From Bdellovibrionales bacterium (lineage in GTDB: Bacteria > Bdellovibrionota > Bdellovibrionia > Bdellovibrionales > JAMPXM01): DNA of 64,000 nucleotides. The notes under the pieces were generated by a model. It saw only the letters and a program-made list of their open reading frames with translations, was not told where the DNA came from and ran no database searches. The position numbers and the translations under genes are program-made. The stretch lies in contig JAYUEN010000332.1 of assembly GCA_043739185.1 (NCBI GenBank), forward strand, positions 96,001-160,000, read 5' to 3'. Below, one piece after another: positions 37,855-48,200 of the stretch (positions within the stretch are counted from its first letter, which is position 1; every line of letters begins with the position of its first letter).

Positions 37855-38759
37855 AATTCTCCCAGCTTTACGACTTCAGTTTGAAGTTCGACTTCAAATC
37901 TGCGTTCGACTTCTTTTTGAATATAAGCGATCAATTCTGAAATATCTGTTGCCGTGGCTTTGCCAGTATTGACGATGAAATTAGCATGTTTTTCTGAAAC
38001 CCTTGCGCCACCTATACTATGGCCCTTTAAACCCGCGGTTTCAATAAGCCGGCCGGCTTTTTCTCCCTGAGGATTGCGAAAGACAGAACCACAATTTGGA
38101 AGATTTAAAGGCTGCTTTAATCCGCGCTCTCGATTGGCAATTCGCACCCGCTCTAAAATTGTTGGCTTTACTTCGTTGGCTAGCTTAATTCCCACTCTTG
38201 AAATAATTCCCTCTTGCCATCCCGAACAATGACGATAACTCCACTTCAATTCAGTTTTTTCATAGCGCTTAAATTCAAATGAGGGCAGTTTCAAAACTTC
38301 GATCCAGTCGACAATTTCAACAAATTCTCGAGGCTCAATATTTTCGCCTACACCTGCATTCATCGCAACCCCGCCGCCAACTGAACCCGGTATTCCTGCA
38401 ATAAAAAGCGCAGGCTCAAGTTTAAATTTGAGCAATTGTTTTAACAAATCAGCTTTCGGAGTTCCGGCCAAACATACAAATGTAATCTCATTTTCAGTCT
38501 TCTTCACTTCGATTTGAGAAAGTCGAGAGAGTTGAAAAGTCAGTCCTCTGAGGCCACGATCACTGATGAGAACATTGGTTCCGCCTCCTAAAACTTGATA
38601 AGGAAGATTTGTAGCCAAGCACCATTTCAGTGCTGCTTTAAGTTCGTCGAGGCTTGTCGGAGTACATAAGTACTCAGCGCTGCCCCCAACTTGCCAAGAG
38701 TTCATGATTTTAAGAGAAACATTTTCGCGAATGAAATTGGGTATTAATGACGGACTCAT
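37851..38759 (-). CDS. murB: UDP-N-acetylenolpyruvoylglucosamine reductase
   Basis: GGGTNVL, GIPGSVGG..MNAG, GSVFRNP and KHANFIVN. Confidence 0.95.
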   Translation of the reverse strand: MSPSLIPNFIRENVSLKIMNSWQVGGSAEYLCTPTSLDELKAALKWCLATNLPYQVLGGGTNVLISDRGLRGLTFQLSRLSQIEVKKTENEITFVCLAGTPKADLLKQLLKFKLEPALFIAGIPGSVGGGVAMNAGVGENIEPREFVEIVDWIEVLKLPSFEFKRYEKTELKWSYRHCSGWQEGIISRVGIKLANEVKPTILERVRIANRERGLKQPLNLPNCGSVFRNPQGEKAGRLIETAGLKGHSIGGARVSEKHANFIVNTGKATATDISELIAYIQKEVERRFEVELQTEVVKLGEF

Positions 38760-40105
38760 AGTTTGTGTTCAAGCACCTGCATGCCGAACTTCCAAATATC
38801 GCCTGCACCGAGGCTGAGTAAAATCTCATTTCGCTTGAGATCCTTTGCGATTTCATCGCTACGATCCTTAAAATTCTGAAAGTATTTTAAATGCGGATGC
38901 TTGATTTCAGCTGCCAGTTTCTCAGAACTAATGAATGCAATTGGTTTTTCACCCGCCGGATAAATATCACAAAGCCAGACTTCATCAGCCAAATCAAATG
39001 CAGTCAGAAACTGCTCCCAGCAAAGCAGAGTTCGTGAATAGCGATGCGGCTGAAAAAATACTTTTAAGTATCTCTCAGGAAATTTCTCTTTAAATGCTTG
39101 AAGAACAGCTTTGATTTCAGTTGGATGATGACCATAATCATCATATACATCAGCGCCAGATTTAGTAGTTCCCTTAAACTCAAAGCGCCGGTCAACACCG
39201 GCAAAGTTTTTTAATCCTTTTGCACAAACTTCAAAACCGATGCCGGCCTCTAGTCCTGCAGCCAAAGCTGCCGCTGCGTTTAAGGCATTGTGAGTTCCTG
39301 CAGCCTGTAATTCAAAACTTCCCAATAATTTTCCGTGCAGAGTCGCTTGATATTTGCCACGGCTGCCTTTAATCACCAAATCATTTTCATTTGAAAAACC
39401 ATAATACAAAATGCGTTTAGAGAAATTAGTAAAAGTCTCACGAATCAGAGGATCATCTCCGCATAAAATGGCAACACCATAAAACGGAATTCGCGAGGCA
39501 AAATCAAAATAGGCGCGCTTGAGATTGTCCATGGTATTAAAGTGATCAAGATGATCATTATCAATATTGGTAATCACTGTGACTTCAGGGAACAGCCTTA
39601 AAAAACTGCCGTCGCTCTCATCAGCTTCTGCAATCACCCATTCACCTTCGCCAAGTTTGGCCGTACTTCCGATGAGCTCAAGTCTGCCGCCAACGATGAT
39701 CGTGGGATGAGTTTTGGCTTCAAGAAAAATACTAGCCGCCATACTTGTTGTGGTCGTCTTTCCGTGAGAGCCGCCAATTGCCAATCCACGTTTCATTCTC
39801 ATAAGCTCGGCTAGAGCCTCAGCTCTCGGGATTAAGGGAATTTTTAATTTTCTGGCTTCTGCAAATTCAGGATTCTCAGGCTTAACTGCACTTGAATAAA
39901 CCACCACCTCGGCTTGACCAATATTTTTTGCATCGTGACCGATTTCAATCTTAACTTTGAGTTTTCTTAAATGTTCGATCTGCGCATTGTCTGATAAATC
40001 ACTACCGGTAACTTCAGCTCCCATACTCTTTAAAAGTTCGGCGAGACCGCACATTCCAATTCCGCCGATACCAATAAAGTGTACTTTTGCATGTGCCAAT
40101 TTCAT
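38756..40105 (-). CDS. murC: UDP-N-acetylmuramate-L-alanine ligase
   Basis: GIGGIGM, HGKTTTT, EADESDGSF, DDYGHHPTE and FQPHRYSR. Confidence 0.97.
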   Translation of the reverse strand: MKLAHAKVHFIGIGGIGMCGLAELLKSMGAEVTGSDLSDNAQIEHLRKLKVKIEIGHDAKNIGQAEVVVYSSAVKPENPEFAEARKLKIPLIPRAEALAELMRMKRGLAIGGSHGKTTTTSMAASIFLEAKTHPTIIVGGRLELIGSTAKLGEGEWVIAEADESDGSFLRLFPEVTVITNIDNDHLDHFNTMDNLKRAYFDFASRIPFYGVAILCGDDPLIRETFTNFSKRILYYGFSNENDLVIKGSRGKYQATLHGKLLGSFELQAAGTHNALNAAAALAAGLEAGIGFEVCAKGLKNFAGVDRRFEFKGTTKSGADVYDDYGHHPTEIKAVLQAFKEKFPERYLKVFFQPHRYSRTLLCWEQFLTAFDLADEVWLCDIYPAGEKPIAFISSEKLAAEIKHPHLKYFQNFKDRSDEIAKDLKRNEILLSLGAGDIWKFGMQVLEHKL

Positions 40106-41184
40106 TTTCTTAACTCATCTCCTAAAAGAATCTTCGCAATTTCTTCGTCTGAATTTGCAAACTCGAAGCTTTGCACAGATTGGGAAATTTTTGAAATCTT
40201 ATCTCGGTGCTTAATAAAATCACTTAAGATGCTAAGCAATCTCTCTAAACTAAGATCCTTCTGGAGGATCATCTCGGCAGCATTTCTTTTGACCAAAACT
40301 TCTGCGTTTTTGCGCTGATGGTCATCTGCTGCCGTCGGCAAGGGGATAAAAATGGCAGCTTTTCTGCAAGCTATTACTTCAGCAACAGTTGAAGCTCCTG
40401 AGCGCGCGATGACCAAATCGCTCCATTGATAACGCTCTTTCATATCATGAAGATATTCAAAACACTGAAAGTGGGCCGGTGCCTTTTCATAGAGCTTCTG
40501 CGCTCTTGCAAAATCAAGAGGGCCGGTTTGATGAATCACTTCAATTTGATTTAAAACCTCGATTGCGCCACGTTCGATTAATTTAAAAACTATTTCATTA
40601 ATCGCTCGAGCGCCTTGGCTTCCGCCAAAAATAAGAATCTTAAGCTTTTCTTTTGAAACAGCTCTTGCCTCTAAACTAAATCGAACCGGAATCCCGACTT
40701 TGCGAATTTTCTTGGCGTGCAAATACTGACGAGCCTCTTCAAATACTAAGAGAGTTTCAGTTACAAATCGCGAGAGCCAGCGATTGGCAAGCCCTGGCAT
40801 AGCATTTGGCTCCCAAATATAAGTTTTAAATCCTAAGAGTGAGGCGGTTAATAACATTGGGCCTGAAGCAAATCCTCCCACACCTAAAACCGCAGCTGGA
40901 CGAAATTTTAAAAGAAGCAAAAAACTTTGAATAAGTGCAATTGGCATTTTTAGCAAAGTCATAAAGCGCGTTAATAAACTAACACTTTTATGCAAGCGAC
41001 CGGAGGAAACGAGAAAGAGTTTGAAGCCCTCTCTGGGTACTATTTTCTCTTCAAGGCCACCTGCTGCACCAATAAATTGAATTTCAACTTCGTGATCGAG
41101 TTTTAGAATAGCTCGGGCAATCGCAATTCCCGGATAAATATGACCGCCAGTGCCTCCACCAGCTATGAAGATATTTTTTTTCAT
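40102..41184 (-). CDS. murG: Lipid II GlcNAc transferase
   Basis: GGGTGGHIYP, GGSQGA, RSGASTVAE and HQRKNA. Confidence 0.97.
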   Translation of the reverse strand: MKKNIFIAGGGTGGHIYPGIAIARAILKLDHEVEIQFIGAAGGLEEKIVPREGFKLFLVSSGRLHKSVSLLTRFMTLLKMPIALIQSFLLLLKFRPAAVLGVGGFASGPMLLTASLLGFKTYIWEPNAMPGLANRWLSRFVTETLLVFEEARQYLHAKKIRKVGIPVRFSLEARAVSKEKLKILIFGGSQGARAINEIVFKLIERGAIEVLNQIEVIHQTGPLDFARAQKLYEKAPAHFQCFEYLHDMKERYQWSDLVIARSGASTVAEVIACRKAAIFIPLPTAADDHQRKNAEVLVKRNAAEMILQKDLSLERLLSILSDFIKHRDKISKISQSVQSFEFANSDEEIAKILLGDELRK

Positions 41185-42329
41185 AAGGCAAAACTTGCGC
41201 CCGATTTGCGATGTTTACCAATAGATTCTCGCTCATATTTTTCGATATTGAGTAAAATTCCAAAAAGAATTCCCTGCATAATGAGAGAGCTACCGCCATA
41301 ACTTAAGAAAGGTAGGGTTAAGCCCTTGGTGGGTAAGAGTCCCAATACGACCGAGCAATTGATAAAAACCGCCAATGCAAAATTGAGAGTCAATCCAAGG
41401 CTCGCCACTTTACAAAATAAATGATCTGATTTGTATGCCGTTTGCAGGCCGCGCAAGATCAGAAATGCAAACAAGCAAATCACAAAGGCAACCCCAATAA
41501 ATCCCATCTCCTCACCCAAAACGGCGAGCGTAAAATCAGTATGCGCCTCGGGAAGAAAAAATAATTTTCCTTGGCCTTGCCCCAAACCAACCCCGGTTAA
41601 GCCGCCGCTTTGAAAACTGAGCATACTTTGAATGAGCTGAAATCCTTTTTGACCCGGGTCAGACCAAGGATCCAAAAAGGCCTGCACTCGAGCCCAGCGA
41701 TAGGGAACACGAAATACAAGAAAATAAAAACCCGGCAAGGCAGATGCCCCAGCAAAAATAAACCATCTCAGATTCAAACCAAAAGCAAAAAGCAAACTGA
41801 GTAAAACCAAGATTGAAATTGAAAATCCGCCAAAGTCAGGTTGTTTTAATAAAAATATAAGTGGAGTTAGAATTATAAAGGCGCGAGTGATCCCGCTCCA
41901 ATGTCCAAAACTTCGCGAAATGAAATCACCTTTTGAAAAGGCAATAAAGCTAGCCAAGACAAGTGGCAAACTGAGTTTGAGTAGCTCTGAAGGTTCAAAC
42001 ACCATCCCGAAAGGTAATATAAACCAACGGGTGGCACCGCCCCGAGTGACACCAATGCCAGGCATATAGGTGAGTACAACCAAAATTGCAGCAAATAACC
42101 AAAAGGCTAAACTGAATTTCATGATTGCGCGCATATCAATATGTGCGAAAACAAAAAGTGCAAGGACGGAGAGGATAGTGAAAAGGAGTTGGCGTTTTAC
42201 AAAAAACAGACCGTCAAGATGAGCTTCAGTGGCAAAAATATAGCTTGAGCTATAAACCTGCACCAAGCCAATTCCGAAAAGTGCAAAAAGAACGAGAAGA
42301 ATTCCTCTATCAAACCGCATGAATACCAT
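41181..42329 (-). CDS. ftsW: SEDS peptidoglycan polymerase FtsW
   Basis: GATRW, PSE, QPDFG, LPEAHTDF and PTKGLTLPFLSYGGSS. Confidence 0.95.
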   Translation of the reverse strand: MVFMRFDRGILLVLFALFGIGLVQVYSSSYIFATEAHLDGLFFVKRQLLFTILSVLALFVFAHIDMRAIMKFSLAFWLFAAILVVLTYMPGIGVTRGGATRWFILPFGMVFEPSELLKLSLPLVLASFIAFSKGDFISRSFGHWSGITRAFIILTPLIFLLKQPDFGGFSISILVLLSLLFAFGLNLRWFIFAGASALPGFYFLVFRVPYRWARVQAFLDPWSDPGQKGFQLIQSMLSFQSGGLTGVGLGQGQGKLFFLPEAHTDFTLAVLGEEMGFIGVAFVICLFAFLILRGLQTAYKSDHLFCKVASLGLTLNFALAVFINCSVVLGLLPTKGLTLPFLSYGGSSLIMQGILFGILLNIEKYERESIGKHRKSGASFAL

Positions 42330-42348
42330 CCTTAGTATGAGGGTCTAG

Positions 42349-42594
42349 TTATAAACTATCATTTTTAGGATTCTCTTCAAAGCCTTTTTGGCGCTTTTTA
42401 GGTTTGATGGGTCCAGGAATTAAATCAGATTTAACGACATCGGCAGCTGTCAACGGAATCACCCGTTCAGGTTCAGTCGCAAAGTGAATCGGATCCAGGC
42501 TCTGATTCTGCATCCGCTGCAGTTCACAATATTCGGGCTGCCTGCCACTGCAATCGACAACATTTAGCCAAATCAAAATCATAATCCGCTCCAA
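42349..42594 (-). CDS. Small hypothetical ORF between murD and ftsW, possibly truncated
   Basis: 81-aa ORF co-oriented with dcw, starting immediately after the palindrome; no recognisable motif. Confidence 0.3.
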   Translation of the reverse strand: MERIMILIWLNVVDCSGRQPEYCELQRMQNQSLDPIHFATEPERVIPLTAADVVKSDLIPGPIKPKKRQKGFEENPKNDSL

Positions 42595-42595
42595 A

Positions 42596-42696
42596 CTACC
42601 AAAGCCTTCCGAGCTTCAATAAATGAGTTCCGCAGCCGAATCAAAGATTCGGCGAGGACTGTCCGAACTTTTTTGAAGCTCGGAAGGCTTTGGTAG
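42596..42696. repeat. Long palindrome with 24-bp perfect arms and a nested hairpin
   Basis: CTACCAAAGCCTTCCGAGCTTCAA (42596-42619) pairs with TTGAAGCTCGGAAGGCTTTGGTAG (42673-42696); internal GCCGAATC-aaa-GATTCGGC. Confidence 0.9.
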
Positions 42697-42719
42697 GTTG
42701 AAAGCAGAATCAAAGCTCT

Positions 42720-44129
42720 TTATTTGAATCTATTTACGATTTCTTTAAAATAATTGCCGCGCTCTTCGAAGCTATCAAACATATCGAAGCTTGAGCAACC
42801 TGGGCTCAGCAGGACGATGTCGCCGATGCGTGATTTTTGATAGGCAATTAATACGGCTTCTTCAAAAGTTCCGATGAGAAAGGTCTCAGAATAATCGCCT
42901 AGATCGCGATTCATTCTCTCTTTGGCCTCACCAACTAAAATCAAATTCTTTACTTTTCGGCGAACGATTTCACGTAGTGGCTCGTAAGACAAATTGGTGT
43001 CCTTACCGCCAGCAATCAAAATTAAGTTCTCGTCGAAGGCATCGAGGGCGCGAAGTACGGCGTGCACATTGGTAGCTTTTGAATCATTAAAAAACTCAAC
43101 TCCGCCAACTCTTCTCACATATTCAAGTCGATGTGCCATTCCCGAAAAAGTTTCAATCACTTTTTGAATATCTTCGCGACGAGCTCCATGCTCACGCGCG
43201 GCCAAAATAGCGGCCATTATATTATCAATCGAGTGCTTACCGCGCATTTTCATATTTTTTATATTATAAGTCTCAATATCTGGGCCAGTGCGCACGCGAA
43301 TTTCGTCTTTAATTAAGACTGCTCCGCCGATGGTCATAATTTGCGGCTCTAAAGAGGGCTTGCGAGAGAAATAGAAAATCCGTCCGCGCTGAACTGAAGG
43401 ATCATGCGCTAGCTCTACCACCGCGCTATCATCTGCATTCAAAATACTAGTGGTTGCTTGATTGGTATTTTGAAAGATACGGCTCTTGGCATTGACGTAT
43501 TCTTCCATTGAGCGGTAGCGGTCCTGATGGTTCTCAGCCAAATTTGTGAAAATAATATTTTGTGGAGTGAAGCGCTCACAATGCTCTAACTGAAAACTTG
43601 AAACTTCTGCGACAACTACTTTGGCTTCATCTTTCTTGCGAAGAAATTCGACCAAGGGTTCGCCGTAGTTTCCACCAATCCAGGTTGGGACACCAGAGGC
43701 GGTCAAAAATAATTCTGTAAGTTTGCACGTGGTGCTTTTGCCGTTGGTACCGGTAACTGCAATGACCGGAACTTTAATAAACCAAGTTGCAAATTCAAAT
43801 TCACCGGTCACTTGTACGCCCTGAGTTCGGCAGTACTCAAATATTTTCATATTTGAAGGGACGCCCGGGCTTAAGATAATAAGATCTTGAGCGACAAAAG
43901 TTTTTGGGGTGTGACCGCCCAGATCAAATTGCACTTCAAGGCCATCAATTTGCTCTAGGCTTGTTGATAGTTCAGCTTTTGATTTGTGGTCAGAAACGGT
44001 TACGACCGCTCCGTTTTCAACTAAAAAATGCACGAGTGAAACGCCACTTCGAGCTAGTCCTACCACCAAGACTTTCTTGCCTTTAAGGTCAGCGATATCA
44101 GTAATTGGAGTCTTTGGAGTGGCGTTCAT
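42720..44129 (-). CDS. murD: UDP-MurNAc-L-Ala-D-glutamate ligase
   Basis: GLARSG, SPGVP, TGTNGKST, EVSSFQL, NDSKATN and SPGCSSFD...ERG. Confidence 0.97.
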   Translation of the reverse strand: MNATPKTPITDIADLKGKKVLVVGLARSGVSLVHFLVENGAVVTVSDHKSKAELSTSLEQIDGLEVQFDLGGHTPKTFVAQDLIILSPGVPSNMKIFEYCRTQGVQVTGEFEFATWFIKVPVIAVTGTNGKSTTCKLTELFLTASGVPTWIGGNYGEPLVEFLRKKDEAKVVVAEVSSFQLEHCERFTPQNIIFTNLAENHQDRYRSMEEYVNAKSRIFQNTNQATTSILNADDSAVVELAHDPSVQRGRIFYFSRKPSLEPQIMTIGGAVLIKDEIRVRTGPDIETYNIKNMKMRGKHSIDNIMAAILAAREHGARREDIQKVIETFSGMAHRLEYVRRVGGVEFFNDSKATNVHAVLRALDAFDENLILIAGGKDTNLSYEPLREIVRRKVKNLILVGEAKERMNRDLGDYSETFLIGTFEEAVLIAYQKSRIGDIVLLSPGCSSFDMFDSFEERGNYFKEIVNRFK

Positions 44130-44153
44130 TTTTTACCTCTTTTATTTAAAAAA

Positions 44154-45230
44154 TTATCTCAGTTTGAGCGTTGCCAGGCTTAAAATCGCAAGCAAAATGG
44201 AGATAATCCAAAATCGCACAATGATTTTTGTTTCAGACAAACCTTTTAACTCAAAATGATGATGAATCGGAGCCATCTTGAAAATGCGCTTGCCCGTGGT
44301 CTTAAAACTTATGACTTGAGTGATGACCGAGAGCGCTTCGACAACAAAAACTCCACCCAGCAAAATGAGCACGAGTTCGTTCTTAGTAAGTACTGCCATC
44401 ATGCCCAAGAAACCGCCGATAGATAGACTACCTACATCTCCCATAAAAACTTGCGCGGGATAAGTATTGAACCATAAAAACCCAAGGCCTGCGGCAACCA
44501 TGGCCCCAGCTAAAGGTGAAAGTTCACCAGCACCTATCACATGGGGAATCTGTAAGTAGCTAGCGATCGCGGCATTTCCGCAAACATAAGCAAAAATCCC
44601 AAGAGTGGCCGCTGAAATAATAACTGGAACAATTGCGAGACCGTCTAAACCATCGGTGAGATTAACTGCATTTGCACAACCCGTGATAACCAACGCCGCA
44701 AAGACAATATAAAATTCATGCAGATTGATAATCGTATTTTTCATAAACGGAATATAAACTTCTGTTGAAAAATGAAAATTATGAATCAGAACTGCTATCA
44801 CTCCACCTGAAATTAAAAATTCACCTAGGAGGCGAACTTTGCCAGGCAAACCCTTCGAATTCTTTTTTCGAACCTTTAAAAAATCATCGATATAACCAAT
44901 AGAGCCAAACATCAAAGTGGTCACAATCACGGCCCACACTAGGGGATTTAATAAATTAACCCAAAGCAATGCTGGTACTATCAGTCCGATGAGAATAAGT
45001 CCGCCGCCCATAGTAGGCGTGCCTTGTTTCTTTTTGTGAGTAGCGGGACCGTCGTCTCGAATACTCTGACCCATTTGCCAATTCACAAGTGAGCGAATGA
45101 AGTAGGGACCCGTGAGCCAACACACAAAAAAACCTGTGAACAGAGATACAAATGTTCGAAAGGTGATGTATCGAAAAACATTAAGAGCATTGAAATGATT
45201 TTCAAAGGACAAAAGAAATCTGTAGAACAT
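44154..45230 (-). CDS. mraY: Phospho-MurNAc-pentapeptide transferase
   Basis: [27 protein letters not shown] and MAPIHHHFE. Confidence 0.98.
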   Translation of the reverse strand: MFYRFLLSFENHFNALNVFRYITFRTFVSLFTGFFVCWLTGPYFIRSLVNWQMGQSIRDDGPATHKKKQGTPTMGGGLILIGLIVPALLWVNLLNPLVWAVIVTTLMFGSIGYIDDFLKVRKKNSKGLPGKVRLLGEFLISGGVIAVLIHNFHFSTEVYIPFMKNTIINLHEFYIVFAALVITGCANAVNLTDGLDGLAIVPVIISAATLGIFAYVCGNAAIASYLQIPHVIGAGELSPLAGAMVAAGLGFLWFNTYPAQVFMGDVGSLSIGGFLGMMAVLTKNELVLILLGGVFVVEALSVITQVISFKTTGKRIFKMAPIHHHFELKGLSETKIIVRFWIISILLAILSLATLKLR

Positions 45231-45278
45231 CTAAATTTGCGCTTCCTTCAGGTTGCAGGGAGAAGGCCAAGCTTTGAT

Positions 45279-46721
45279 TTAGGAATCTACAGGTTCAAGT
45301 TCCTCGAGTATGCGCTCAAGCTCCATGCCTCTAGATGCCTTAATCAAAACAACGTCATCCCTGTCTATCACAGGCTGTACGTCGAGCGCAAGATTCTTTT
45401 TGTAAGTATTTGTAACTAAGAGGTTATTTTTAAATTTTGTGGTCTTTATTCCCTTTGAAAATTCAGCCTGTGAAGGCCCAACAAAGAAAACAAAATCAAA
45501 ATCCTTTTCGCCAACCAAACTACCCAGTTCGCGGTGAACTTCGCCAGCAGCCTCTCCCATTTCTCGCATTTCACCCAAAAATACGATTTTGCGACCGCGC
45601 ACGCGAAGTTTTGAGAAGTTATCAATGGCAGCCTTCATACTTTCTGGATTTGCGTTATAAGCATCAAAGAGCACGAGAGCTCCGCTTTTCACCATTCTCC
45701 ACTGACTTCTCCCCCAGTAACTCTTGCACAAAGGGAGTGCCTGCCAAATTTCTTCAGGGCTCATACCCATACTCAAAGCAAAAGAAGAGGCCGCCATAAG
45801 ATTGTAGATATTCTGTTCGCCAAAAACCGGAACTTCAATTTCACCCGTGACACCTTCAATTGAGCCCTTAATTTTCAGGGCCGCAATATCAAATGACACA
45901 ATTTCAAAATGCACATTGGGTTTATGTTCGTTCGCAAATGAATCGAGCTTGCCGGTGAAGAGAATGGGTTTCTGAAAATTCTTTTTGGCTGAGCGTGCGC
46001 TCATATAATTCAAATACATTTTTCGCGTATGCGCATTTTCAATATTAAAAATAGCGCGCACCCCAGGATCAGCAAAGCTATACATTTCTTCTTTTGCTTT
46101 TGCGACCTCTTCAATTGATCCAAGACCCTCTAAATGCCCACGCCCTACCATAGTAACCAAAACCACATCCGGATCACTCATCCCAACCAACTCACTGATT
46201 TCGCCAGGATGATTCATGCCCATTTCGATAACGGCAACTTCATGATCAGGTGTTATCGAAAGTAAACTTAATGGGACTCCCCAATGATTATTGAAACTTC
46301 CTTGCGAAAACTGCGTCTTAAATTTTTGCGCCAAGATGGTGGCGGTGAATTCTTTGGTTGTGGTTTTTCCGTTGGTACCTGTGACCGCAAGAATTTTAGC
46401 TTTCATTGAATGGCGCCAAAACAATGCGAGATTTTGCAGAGCTTTTAAAACATCGGTGACCTCAAGTATACTCACCGTTTTGAGTAAGGCCTTGGCGTTT
46501 TCTGGCAAATGCGAAACCACTAAAACGCCGGCTCCTTGAAGAGCGGCCTTTTCTAAAAAATCGTGAGCATCAAAATTCGCTCCTTTTAGAGCAAAGAAAA
46601 CTTCTCCGCGCATAGACTTTCGAGTATCGGTGGCAATACCAGTGAATTTTCTTTTGTGTTCGGAGAGAATTTTTCCGTGGGTGGCAATTGCCAGTTCTTC
46701 TAATTTTAGTTCCCAGCTCAT
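45279..46721 (-). CDS. murF: UDP-MurNAc-tripeptide D-Ala-D-Ala ligase
   Basis: TGTNGKTTTKE, FNNHWGVP, EMGMNHPGEI, DAYNANPES and KASRG. Confidence 0.97.
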   Translation of the reverse strand: MSWELKLEELAIATHGKILSEHKRKFTGIATDTRKSMRGEVFFALKGANFDAHDFLEKAALQGAGVLVVSHLPENAKALLKTVSILEVTDVLKALQNLALFWRHSMKAKILAVTGTNGKTTTKEFTATILAQKFKTQFSQGSFNNHWGVPLSLLSITPDHEVAVIEMGMNHPGEISELVGMSDPDVVLVTMVGRGHLEGLGSIEEVAKAKEEMYSFADPGVRAIFNIENAHTRKMYLNYMSARSAKKNFQKPILFTGKLDSFANEHKPNVHFEIVSFDIAALKIKGSIEGVTGEIEVPVFGEQNIYNLMAASSFALSMGMSPEEIWQALPLCKSYWGRSQWRMVKSGALVLFDAYNANPESMKAAIDNFSKLRVRGRKIVFLGEMREMGEAAGEVHRELGSLVGEKDFDFVFFVGPSQAEFSKGIKTTKFKNNLLVTNTYKKNLALDVQPVIDRDDVVLIKASRGMELERILEELEPVDS

Positions 46722-48196
46722 TTGAAATACTCCTTTACGACCTTGAAATCACTGAACTCAAGTTTTTGAGTGCCGATGATTTGATAGTCTTCATGCCCTT
46801 TTCCGGCTACCAAAATGGCGTCTCCTTGCACAGCTTGATCTAAGGCTTTGAATATCGCACTTTTGCGATCAACCTCAATAATCAATTTTTCACTTTCGCC
46901 TTGTTCTTCAACGATATCGGCAATTATTCTCAAAGGCTCTTCCGTACGCGGATTATCGCTAGTCACAATCACGAGATCTGCAAACTCTTGCGCAGCTTTT
47001 AACATCAATGGCCGCTTCCCTTTGTCGCGATCGCCACCGCATCCGAAGACACAAATCAATTTAGACTTCGGTGCTTTTTGCATTCGAATCTGGTGAAGAT
47101 GTGAGAGCGAATTTCGAAGCGCATCGTCGGTGTGAGCATAATCTACAAAAATATGCAGGCCACTTTGATTTGGCACGGAATGCAAACGCCCATTCACGCT
47201 TTCAAGTTTGCTTAAGCCCCGTGCGCAAGTCTCTAAAGTTGCACCTGCAGATAAGCCTACAGCAATGGCCGCACAAGCATTGTAAACATTGTGAAGGCCG
47301 GTCATCTTGATTTCAAAAATATGGCTACCGAAATTTGAATGAATCTCAAAGCGGCTTCCAGAATAATTCATTTCTAAAATTTCAAATGAAATTTGGGCAT
47401 CTCGCTTGCCGTATGAAATCGCTTTGCCAGAAGTAAGTCCTAGCAATTTACTGCCATAGTCATCGTCGGTATTGATGATGGCATAATGATTTTTCTTTTT
47501 CGAATGCGGCAGAAGTTCGCAAAATAATTTGAGCTTTGCCTGAAAATAATTCTCCATATTTTGATGGTAGTCGAGGTGATCGCGAGTCAAATTTGTAAAG
47601 ACTGCGACATCAAACTGCACTTGGTCTACGCGTGACTGCACGAGCGCATGACTTGAAACCTCTAAACAAACGGCCTGAGCACCCAAAGCTAAAAATTCAG
47701 AAAGCCTTCTTTGAAATGCAATCGGATCTGGAGTTGTCAGTTCACTCGCCCAAACTCTTTCTTGAAAATGGTGGTCAATGGTGCCGATCACACCTGTCGG
47801 CCAGCCGTATTCATTTAGCACACGCTCAATCATATTGGTGGTCGTGGTTTTACCGTTGGTACCGGTTACGCCCACGACAAAAAGTTGCTCCGATGGTGAA
47901 CCATAAAAATGCGCAGCAATTTCATTCAAGGCTTTTCTTGTATCTGTGACTGTTGCCACGCCACCAGTAAAATCTTTCGGTATCTGGCTTGCGTCTTCAA
48001 CTACTAAACCAGCGGCGCCGCGCTCACAGGCTTGCTGAAGATGCAGATGACCATCGACTTTCTCACCTCTGATCGCCACAAAAATCGAATCTTTTTCGAC
48101 CAAACGAGAATCAAAACAGATTTGAGAAATCTCTTGCGTGGGAGAATCTCCCAATCTCAAACTTGAAAATATTGAAAAGACCTGCGCCAAGCGCAT
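46718..48196 (-). CDS. murE: UDP-MurNAc-dipeptide meso-DAP ligase
   Basis: GTNGKTT, EVSSHAL, DHLDYH, VDYAH, DNPR (DAP-type) and GKGHEDYQ. Confidence 0.97.
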   Translation of the reverse strand: MRLAQVFSIFSSLRLGDSPTQEISQICFDSRLVEKDSIFVAIRGEKVDGHLHLQQACERGAAGLVVEDASQIPKDFTGGVATVTDTRKALNEIAAHFYGSPSEQLFVVGVTGTNGKTTTTNMIERVLNEYGWPTGVIGTIDHHFQERVWASELTTPDPIAFQRRLSEFLALGAQAVCLEVSSHALVQSRVDQVQFDVAVFTNLTRDHLDYHQNMENYFQAKLKLFCELLPHSKKKNHYAIINTDDDYGSKLLGLTSGKAISYGKRDAQISFEILEMNYSGSRFEIHSNFGSHIFEIKMTGLHNVYNACAAIAVGLSAGATLETCARGLSKLESVNGRLHSVPNQSGLHIFVDYAHTDDALRNSLSHLHQIRMQKAPKSKLICVFGCGGDRDKGKRPLMLKAAQEFADLVIVTSDNPRTEEPLRIIADIVEEQGESEKLIIEVDRKSAIFKALDQAVQGDAILVAGKGHEDYQIIGTQKLEFSDFKVVKEYFK

Positions 48197-48200
48197 GATT

